Virus record (IMG/VR): IMGVR_UViG_3300031111_000007
Coordinates: 1 to 64,000 of that record
Origin: a virus
Taxonomy: Duplodnaviria > Heunggongvirae > Uroviricota > Caudoviricetes
Reading direction: 5' to 3' (one strand)
Length of the DNA: 64,000 nucleotides
Below are positions 53,435 through 61,730 of this stretch, piece by piece; position 1 is the stretch's first letter; the number at the start of each line of letters is the position of its first letter. The notes below the pieces were generated by a model that was not told where the DNA came from, made no database searches, and saw only the letters and a program-made list of their open reading frames with translations. Both the position numbers and the translations under genes were made by a program.

Positions 53435-54826
53435 TTATGAAGATGATACTGAACTTGATGATGATGAATTAATACCAAACAATTCAATCTCACCAATTCT
53501 TATTTCATCACCACTTGGAGTCAATAATGCAGCACCACTTGTTATAGTATTTCTCAACTTGATCCATGATGCAGATACAGGTACACCAGCACTATTTGTC
53601 AAGGTAATTGAATAACCCCATTGTCCACCAAATTCATTAGATGTTTTCTGATGTAAGAATGGTGCTATATATGTTTGTTGTTCAGTCCAATTAACACCGT
53701 CTAATGATGTCCATAGTACAAATTTATCATTATCAATAACCCATCCTGTAGGTGTAACAAATGCAGCAGAAGTATTACCATAAACTTTTGCCTTAGTTAA
53801 TTCTTGTGCTGATCCTAATTCAACACCATATGAGTAAGTATTCAACCAAGATGCACTAACATTTGTATATCTAATAGAATCTACCAATAATGGTTCTTCT
53901 GTTGTCATTGCCCCGGTTGATGGTGAGCTATCCGGTTCAGATTTCCATCCCTTCAATTCTGTTATTCCAACACCAGCGGTAGAACTTGACGATACGCTAC
54001 TGCTACTTGAAGAACTACTTACCGATGATGATGAAGAAGAAGATGATGATGAGAAAGATAGACTACTACTGCTTGAACTTGAAGATACACTACTTGATGA
54101 TGAACTTGAAGATGAACTTAAGCTGATTGACATACTTACACTGGAAGAACTACTGCTGCTTGAGCTTGAAGATACGCTACTTGATGATATCGATTGAGAA
54201 GAACTTGACGATGATACAGAAGAACTTGAAGATGAAGATGATGAGGAATTCATACAAGTATACTCACCAGAATTCATTATAAAAGTGTTTATAAATGCTT
54301 CTGCCTTTGGTTTGTTTGTCCAATTCTGTAAATAAATTCTCAGTTCAACTTCATCTTTACCTATAGGACTGCCACTTGCAGCACCCATACCAGACCATGT
54401 ACCACCAGTATTTCTATAATAACTTTGCCATTGTTTTCCTACTCTCGTAATTCTGAATGCACCTGATGGTGAGTTATTACCAATAGCTGTTTGTAGTAAA
54501 GGATCACCTTCAATGTATACTCTTTCGATATATGTTGTGTCAGCACCAGATTGATAAATTTGAAGTTTATTATTATCATCACCAACATATCTTGCTTCAA
54601 AGAATATACCCCAACCACCAATTCCATTATTAGCAGAAGGAGAAATATCCCATGACATCTGGACATCAAAATCTCCACCCGAAATGATGGTTGCTCTATG
54701 TTGGACTAGAGAGACATTTTCACTATCATTAACCCTGAATATTAGCCTATCACTACCGCTAATAGCAGGGGTACTTGCTGCTCCCTCTATTCTATCCCAT
54801 CTATGTACATTTGGTAACTGACTCAT
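53435..54826 (-). CDS. receptor-binding/fibre protein with ~100-aa poly-Ser linker
   Basis: 463 aa; domain FRITRVGKQWQSYYRNTGGTWSGMG...IYLQNWTNKPKAE paralogous to 54836..57685; continuous SSSSSSSSSSVSSSSS... tract. Confidence 0.5.
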   Translation of the reverse strand: MSQLPNVHRWDRIEGAASTPAISGSDRLIFRVNDSENVSLVQHRATIISGGDFDVQMSWDISPSANNGIGGWGIFFEARYVGDDNNKLQIYQSGADTTYIERVYIEGDPLLQTAIGNNSPSGAFRITRVGKQWQSYYRNTGGTWSGMGAASGSPIGKDEVELRIYLQNWTNKPKAEAFINTFIMNSGEYTCMNSSSSSSSSSSVSSSSSSQSISSSSVSSSSSSSSSSSVSMSISLSSSSSSSSSSVSSSSSSSSLSFSSSSSSSSSSVSSSSSSSSVSSSSTAGVGITELKGWKSEPDSSPSTGAMTTEEPLLVDSIRYTNVSASWLNTYSYGVELGSAQELTKAKVYGNTSAAFVTPTGWVIDNDKFVLWTSLDGVNWTEQQTYIAPFLHQKTSNEFGGQWGYSITLTNSAGVPVSASWIKLRNTITSGAALLTPSGDEIRIGEIELFGINSSSSSSVSSS

Positions 54827-54835
54827 ATTAACTAT

Positions 54836-57685
54836 TTATCCCACTATTAGATTTCTAACACTACCACTTACTGGATTATCTGTACTCGTACCATATGAAT
54901 TTAAAGCATATAAATACCTGAATGATTGACTACTCATATCAGATGGAGCATCTACAAACATAGTATGAGCAGATGGACCCACATGAGAAATGGTTCTGAA
55001 TACAGCATTTAACCTACCATTTCCACCCCCACCACTTGGATTCCATGTTAAAGTAGTATAATATTTTGTAGAAGGTTGATACCCACTCCAATTCGATTGT
55101 GCTGTTGATCCACCATTATTTTTAATTTGTATTCTATAATTATCTCCAAATTTTAAAGATGCCAAATATTCATCAGTAATTTGCCAAAATTCATCTACTG
55201 CATTAGAAACTTGTAAATGAACTACAATTGATTGAGCATCATTATTACTCACTTCCCATACAAATTGATAAGACAATGAACCGGAAATACTACCAGAACC
55301 AAAATCTTTATAAACTCTTGGAGCATCAGGACCAAGAGGAACATTATATACGATTTTATTTGCTGTTACATCAAGTTCGCTATTTGGATCATATTCTGTC
55401 CATCCTGTTGTAAAATCTTCTAAAGTAACACTAAATGAACTACTTGACGATGAAGATTCACTACTCGACGATATCGACGATGAAGAAGAAGATTTACTAC
55501 TGGAACTACTACTGCTACTGCTCACCGATGAGGATGAAGATGAAATAAAATAATCGTCTATCTCAACAAAACACGATATCGATTGACTGCTTGAAGAACT
55601 GCTACTTGATGATAGACTGCTACTTGATGATAGACTGCTACTGCTACTCGACGACGAAGATTTACTACTCGACGATAAACTACTGCTAGATTTACTACTC
55701 GACGATATACTGATGCTGGACGATAGACTACTACTGCTCGACGATTCGCTACTTGATGATTCGCTACTTGATGATTCACTTTCGCTACTTGACGATTCGC
55801 TACTTGACGATAGACTGCTACTGCTTGATGATGATAGTGATGATGAGGAAGAAGAACTGCTCACACTACTACTACTTCCTACACATACCCAATCACCAGA
55901 ATTCAATGTAAAGTTCTCAAACTCACCGTATGCTTCTGGTTTGTTAGTATAATTCTGTACATACAATCTAAACTCGGTATCGATATTAGAACCGATATTG
56001 GTTCCACTTGCCATCTGTGACCATGTACCACCAGTATTTCTATAATAACCTTGCCATAAATTACCAGTTCTTGTAATTCTAAATGCACCACTTGTTGCTG
56101 TGGTTTCAACCTGTGTTTGTGTTCTTACACCATTCTTATATGCTTGTTCAACGTATCTTGTATTATGACCTTGAATATACATTCTCAGTCTATTATCATC
56201 ATTATCAATTTCTCTCGCTTCAAGAGCAAGCATCCATCCAGAAGCACTTACAGAAGGATTCTCAACATTCGGATTTCTTTCTGATGGTAATTCCCAACCT
56301 ACTTCTACATCAAAATCACTACCTGCATTAACATACCATCTTGTATTGACAAGACTTGAATTTATATTCTCATCAACTCTTGCTCTTAATCTTCCATCAG
56401 TAGTTACGATTGGTGTAGAATTCATATCATAGTACCATTTATGTGGGTCTGGATATTCAGAATCAAGTATTCTCGCACCAGATGTTTCTGTAATTCTCAA
56501 TGAACCATCTTCTTGTAATCTGTCTATTGTTGTTCCCAAATTAATGTTAGGAGTAAACCTATCATTTGGTGAAACGTAACAAGAGCTAGAAGAACTCAAA
56601 GAACTGCTGCTCACCGATGAGGATGATCTACTTGATGATGATGAGCTTACAGAAGAAGAACTTAGGCTTGAACTTGAAGATGATAGACTACTACTGCTTG
56701 AACTTGAAGAAGAACTCTTGCTTGAACTTGAAGAACTAAAACTTGTACTAGAAGAACTCTTGCTTGAACTACTCACTGAGCTTGAACTTGAAAAAGAACT
56801 TGAAGATTTACTGCTACTACTAAATGATAGAGAACTAGAAGAAGATGATCTTGAAGAAGAACTCTTACTGCTTGATGATAGACTGCTACTGCTTGATGAA
56901 GAACTAGATGAAGAAGATTGACTAAATGAATCTGAACTTGAGCTAGAACTTGAAGATTCGCTACTACTTGATGAACTGCTACTTAATGAGAACGATAGAC
57001 TACTACTGCTTGAGGAAGAACTCACCGAACTTGAGGAAGAACTCACCGAACTTGAGGAAGAACTCACCGAACTTGAGGAAGAAATTGAAAGAGAACTTGA
57101 AGAAGATGAACTTGAGCTTGAAACAATAAATCTTCCTTCTAATTCACTTTGTAATTCTGTTATACAATCATCATCAAATCTTCTTTTTGCTCTTGCCAGT
57201 GGACCCGGATCAGTTTGAATTACTACTTTACAATCTATAGGATCACCAACAAACACTACTACCTGTCTTGTATTTAAATAAAAAATCTTACCAAACTTAA
57301 ATTGTTTTTTATTTTGTTTATAATAACCTGTTACTTGAGCATATTTATTATCAAAATAATGTTCTAAAATATGATAATATGAACCACCTGATGGAGTCCA
57401 ATCAGAAGTAGTAATATCAAAATGTTTAAAGTAAACACCATTATCTGTGTTGGTAACTAATCTAGGAAAAGCTGCATTTGCTAAATTTGTTAATAGTTCT
57501 AATAATTGAGAATTAGATATTGTCTTATTATATCTATTATTTTGAGCATTAGGATCACCTGTACCTAATAAAGAACCACCACCGGAAGCATCAGGATTAT
57601 GAACAGCTATACCATGTGTACATCCATAAGGATTACTTGAACTTGTTGATGAATAACTACTTGAACTTGAACTTGAACCCGCCAT
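54836..57685 (-). CDS. large fibre/receptor-binding protein with multiple poly-Ser tracts
   Basis: 949 aa; three Ser-tracts of 60-150 aa separated by folded domains; late promoter motif upstream. Confidence 0.5.
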   Translation of the reverse strand: MAGSSSSSSSYSSTSSSNPYGCTHGIAVHNPDASGGGSLLGTGDPNAQNNRYNKTISNSQLLELLTNLANAAFPRLVTNTDNGVYFKHFDITTSDWTPSGGSYYHILEHYFDNKYAQVTGYYKQNKKQFKFGKIFYLNTRQVVVFVGDPIDCKVVIQTDPGPLARAKRRFDDDCITELQSELEGRFIVSSSSSSSSSSLSISSSSSVSSSSSSVSSSSSSVSSSSSSSSLSFSLSSSSSSSSESSSSSSSSDSFSQSSSSSSSSSSSSLSSSSKSSSSRSSSSSSLSFSSSSKSSSSFSSSSSVSSSSKSSSSTSFSSSSSSKSSSSSSSSSSLSSSSSSLSSSSVSSSSSSRSSSSVSSSSLSSSSSCYVSPNDRFTPNINLGTTIDRLQEDGSLRITETSGARILDSEYPDPHKWYYDMNSTPIVTTDGRLRARVDENINSSLVNTRWYVNAGSDFDVEVGWELPSERNPNVENPSVSASGWMLALEAREIDNDDNRLRMYIQGHNTRYVEQAYKNGVRTQTQVETTATSGAFRITRTGNLWQGYYRNTGGTWSQMASGTNIGSNIDTEFRLYVQNYTNKPEAYGEFENFTLNSGDWVCVGSSSSVSSSSSSSSLSSSSSSSLSSSSESSSSESESSSSESSSSESSSSSSLSSSISISSSSKSSSSLSSSSKSSSSSSSSSLSSSSSLSSSSSSSSSQSISCFVEIDDYFISSSSSSVSSSSSSSSSKSSSSSSISSSSESSSSSSSFSVTLEDFTTGWTEYDPNSELDVTANKIVYNVPLGPDAPRVYKDFGSGSISGSLSYQFVWEVSNNDAQSIVVHLQVSNAVDEFWQITDEYLASLKFGDNYRIQIKNNGGSTAQSNWSGYQPSTKYYTTLTWNPSGGGGNGRLNAVFRTISHVGPSAHTMFVDAPSDMSSQSFRYLYALNSYGTSTDNPVSGSVRNLIVG

Positions 57686-57708
57686 ATTTTTATTTATATT
57701 ATCCTATG

Positions 57709-58806
57709 TTAATAACACTCATACATTTCTATTTCTGTAATAATAAGAAAAGAACCACCATTATTAGCTGTCACATTAATTCTGTAATATCTATATGCAT
57801 TTGTATTTGTAAATGTAAATTCTTGCCATGTATCCTCTGTAAATGAAGCACCAGTTACTGTATCAAGTATTACTTCTTCTCCTGACCATGCTCCTGTGTT
57901 AGATGCTTCAAAAGTCCAATCTTTAGGATCATTTACTCTTGTTGGTAAAGTAGTATATAATCTATATCTATTTATTGTTTTCTCATTTCCAGCACCAAAA
58001 TCTTGTCCTGTCCATCCAGTAGTTATATATCCACCATCCCATGCATACCATGAACCACCAGCATCACCAACAATTAAAACATTATCAAATGCGCTACCAT
58101 AATATGTTGGATTTTCTTGACCTATAGCAAAACCCTCTGTACATTGATCAGCACAACTAGAATAGCTTGAACTTGAAGAACTTAAAGATTCTGAACTTGA
58201 AGATTTAGAAGAACTCAGGCTTGAACTTGAAAGAGAACTACTACTACTTGAACTTGAGATTGAAAAAGAACTACTACTACTTGAACTTGAGCTTGAAAGA
58301 GAACTTGAACTTGAACTTGAACTAACACTTGAAGAACTATCACTTGAAGATGAAGATGAGGATGATCCACATCTATCTGTTGTTCCAAACATAAAATCGA
58401 TATGATCTTGAATTGTCCATCCAATAAAATTACTAATCGCCTTGTTTACTCTTGTACTACTGCTATCTGTTTCATCGACTTGAGCATATCTTCCAAATAA
58501 AGCATCACCTTCTATAATACCACTCTGACTAAGACCATCATTCCAGCTTATAATATATTCTGTATCCCAAGGATAATGACCAACAGCACCACTTGGAACA
58601 CCAATATCATCTTGAACATAAAACTCAAATACACCACCTGAAGTAGTTACTATAGGTTGAGTAATTTCAGTCAAACCATCAGCTTCATATATAGTTAAAA
58701 GATTTAGATTAAGAGTGTAGATATATACTTCTGCATTAGAAATTGGTCTTCCTTCTTCATCTAATAACTTATACCATATGTGATTTAAAAATCCTCTGTC
58801 TGCCAT
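57709..58806 (-). CDS. fibre protein with CarbopepD_reg-like N-domain and poly-Ser tract
   Basis: 365 aa; N-domain W.KLLDEEGRPISNAEVYIY shared with next two genes; Ser-tract in middle. Confidence 0.45.
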   Translation of the reverse strand: MADRGFLNHIWYKLLDEEGRPISNAEVYIYTLNLNLLTIYEADGLTEITQPIVTTSGGVFEFYVQDDIGVPSGAVGHYPWDTEYIISWNDGLSQSGIIEGDALFGRYAQVDETDSSSTRVNKAISNFIGWTIQDHIDFMFGTTDRCGSSSSSSSSDSSSSVSSSSSSSSLSSSSSSSSSSFSISSSSSSSSLSSSSLSSSKSSSSESLSSSSSSYSSCADQCTEGFAIGQENPTYYGSAFDNVLIVGDAGGSWYAWDGGYITTGWTGQDFGAGNEKTINRYRLYTTLPTRVNDPKDWTFEASNTGAWSGEEVILDTVTGASFTEDTWQEFTFTNTNAYRYYRINVTANNGGSFLIITEIEMYECY

Positions 58807-59597
58807 TATCCTAAGACCACAATCCTTGCCCCTATGTTATCATCTACCCATACTCTTATTTCGTTTGGATTTAATGACCTAATCAATACAGGCATAATAT
58901 GTTCATTATTACTACTTCTCACTAACTCAACTACAGGATATGAATTTCCTAAATTATGTGTTATATCATCATAGTAAATATCGCCACTTGTTGACCAACT
59001 CAAACTATTAGTATATATACCAGCACCCGAAACATCCACTGGTGCTGCTGATGCTTGAGCCGATAAATTCCACATTTGATATCCTAATTTATTACTAATA
59101 ACTTTACTCTGTAATAATCCTGTTGTGAATTTCTCAGCAGGAGCAATACCATGTGGACTTCCAGATGGTAAAGTTAAATCAACATGTGTATCCCAATCAT
59201 ACCCTTGTTGATTTGATATGACTTTATCTTTATCTTTATTACTTGGAACACCCTTTATTGAATCAGATATTACAATAGGTCTTACAGGAGTAAAAAGATA
59301 TAGATTATCTATTTCTTCTTCTATACCATCTACCGTATTCTGCCATACAATTTTAAATTGTTGTGTTTCTTGATATCCACCTTCAGCTTCCCATCTATCA
59401 CCAACCCAAAATTGAATAAACCCGTACTTATCAGTCTTTAAATCTTCAACCGATGCTTTAGTAACGGAACCAAACGTAGAATCCAAATAAATATCTGCTT
59501 CTGTAAGTGTACCCGCAAGGTATACTCTCACTTCCGCATATTCTAAAGGGTTTCCTTGGTTATCTAATAAGTATTGCCAGTAATCTATTCTTGCCAT
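58806..59597 (-). CDS. fibre/baseplate-associated protein (same N-domain family, no Ser tract)
   Basis: 263 aa; WQYLLDNQGNPLEYAEVRVYLAGTLTEADIYLDSTFG...FIQFWV. Confidence 0.45.
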   Translation of the reverse strand: MARIDYWQYLLDNQGNPLEYAEVRVYLAGTLTEADIYLDSTFGSVTKASVEDLKTDKYGFIQFWVGDRWEAEGGYQETQQFKIVWQNTVDGIEEEIDNLYLFTPVRPIVISDSIKGVPSNKDKDKVISNQQGYDWDTHVDLTLPSGSPHGIAPAEKFTTGLLQSKVISNKLGYQMWNLSAQASAAPVDVSGAGIYTNSLSWSTSGDIYYDDITHNLGNSYPVVELVRSSNNEHIMPVLIRSLNPNEIRVWVDDNIGARIVVLG

Positions 59598-59618
59598 ATC
59601 ATTTATTATTTATACTTT

Positions 59619-61694
59619 TTAAGCACTTCCCTGAATTGTTACCCATACATCTGTATATCCAGCAGAAATATCTATTGCTACCCTTGTTGAAGTAGAACTC
59701 AATCTCTGCACAACAGCAGGTATAATTTCCTCATAACCATCAATCTTAACCATTTTTACTACTGTATCACCAGTAACACCAACATGATTTATATCTTTAT
59801 AATATAGACTTCCTGATACTATCAAATTACCAGCACTAACCACTTTCTGATGTTCCTGTACACCATCATAAATACTCGTTAAATTAAAAGTCTCACCATC
59901 AGCAGCACCAACCTGTATATCGTATATAAATTTATTACTTACTACTTTATTATAGGTATTATCATCACATCCACTTTGATAATCTACTGGATGAAGATCA
60001 TGTGGAGAAGCAGATGGTACTATTGCATTAGCATGACCAAACCATTTTTCTGCTAAATAATTCGATATAAACTTATTCTCATAATTTACATCAGCACCTA
60101 TATTTTTATCTCTCCATACAAGAGCATTCGGCCATGGATTATAATTATAGATATATCCCGGTGCAGTACCAGCTTTATACCATTCTAAGATGAATTCTGT
60201 TGCATGAGCATATCCACCTTCACCACCTTCACCCTCTAACCAAAATTCAAAATATCCATCGTTATCTGTTTTAATATCTGCTAAACTACAAGTAGTAGAA
60301 GTAACAGCTATAGGAGAAGTATAAATTTCAGCTTCAGTTGTTGGTGAACTTTGTAGATATAATCTAATCTCTGCATTTTGAATTGGTTGTCCACCTTCAT
60401 TCAAAACATAATGCCAAAAGTGAATTCTCTCTGATGTTACCGTAGATGATGATGATTTGGATGATGAAGAAGTAGAACTTGAACTTGAAAGAGAACTTGA
60501 AGATTCAGATGATGAACTACTCACTGAACTTGAAGATTCAGATGATGATGAAAATGATGATGAAGAAGAAGAAGTTACATCATTAGCAGCATTCACCACT
60601 ATCTCTGATATCTTTACACTTACAGTAGAAAATGCTACTGTACTAACAGGTGAATACGCTCTAGCTTTAAAGTATCTTGCTGTTACAGGTGTAGGAAACG
60701 CTATTAAAAATGCTGTTCTACCAGCTTCATGAGAAATTATTGGTGGTGCAGTATAATAACCAATTTCAGTCCATGTAGAATTATCATTTGAATAATAAAC
60801 ATTAAAAAATCTACCATTTACTCCCCAAGTATCTAAATTAAAACCAGTGCTATATACACAATGAAAAACAAGAGATTTAACTGCTTGTGGACTTCCAATA
60901 TCAACACCATAAGAAAATTGTCCGTTCGCAACATTACCCCACCAAAAATCATTAGAAGGATCAGCAACAGTAAATGTATCACCATCAATTAATAAAGTTC
61001 CATTTGTATTTAATGTTGATGATAAGGGAGTTGGATCAGGAGTTAAATATAAACCAGCAACAGGTGTAATTTCATTCAATTCACCAAGTAATGTTGCATA
61101 TCCAGTAGGTCTACTATAAACAAGAGTTTGTGATTGAGCATTTAATTGAACACCATTACCTACCACATATAAACCAGCAGCAGGGTTTAATCTTCCACCA
61201 AAAATATCACTATTGGAAAAATGAGAACCACCAAAAGCAGGATTAACACCAGTTTCAGGATCACCTTGCCCCGGACCAGTACCAGCAGCACCTTGCCATA
61301 CACCATTTTTTGAAAACCACATTTTACTAGCACTTACAGCAATACCAATTACATCACCAACAGTATATGCATCTCCATAATCAGTAAATGTCCCTCTATG
61401 GTATATATCACCACTCTGACCACGAATACCCCAACTATTAGTATCAGAACCGGGATATGCTGTACCACTATCAATAGCCGAATTCTCATTCGCAAGACCA
61501 AGAATAAAATTAGTATCGGCAGCACTTGCAGCTACTATTTCAAAATAGAACTTATCAGGATAACTTGCAGAAGGATAAGCAATAGTAGTATTCCATATTC
61601 CATTATTGCTTTCCTTTACAGCAAGTCTTCCACCACTACCAAAAATTGATATTGATGAATTTGTTCTATTTGGATTCCAACCCCAATTTGCCAT
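59619..61694 (-). CDS. large fibre protein with poly-Ser tract and internal copy of the N-domain
   Basis: 691 aa; Ser-tract then FWHYVLNEGGQPIQNAEIRLYL...YFEFWL. Confidence 0.45.
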   Translation of the reverse strand: MANWGWNPNRTNSSISIFGSGGRLAVKESNNGIWNTTIAYPSASYPDKFYFEIVAASAADTNFILGLANENSAIDSGTAYPGSDTNSWGIRGQSGDIYHRGTFTDYGDAYTVGDVIGIAVSASKMWFSKNGVWQGAAGTGPGQGDPETGVNPAFGGSHFSNSDIFGGRLNPAAGLYVVGNGVQLNAQSQTLVYSRPTGYATLLGELNEITPVAGLYLTPDPTPLSSTLNTNGTLLIDGDTFTVADPSNDFWWGNVANGQFSYGVDIGSPQAVKSLVFHCVYSTGFNLDTWGVNGRFFNVYYSNDNSTWTEIGYYTAPPIISHEAGRTAFLIAFPTPVTARYFKARAYSPVSTVAFSTVSVKISEIVVNAANDVTSSSSSSFSSSSESSSSVSSSSSESSSSLSSSSSTSSSSKSSSSTVTSERIHFWHYVLNEGGQPIQNAEIRLYLQSSPTTEAEIYTSPIAVTSTTCSLADIKTDNDGYFEFWLEGEGGEGGYAHATEFILEWYKAGTAPGYIYNYNPWPNALVWRDKNIGADVNYENKFISNYLAEKWFGHANAIVPSASPHDLHPVDYQSGCDDNTYNKVVSNKFIYDIQVGAADGETFNLTSIYDGVQEHQKVVSAGNLIVSGSLYYKDINHVGVTGDTVVKMVKIDGYEEIIPAVVQRLSSTSTRVAIDISAGYTDVWVTIQGSA

Positions 61695-61730
61695 CTATTT
61701 CTCCATACTTCCTTACTTTATTTATATATT

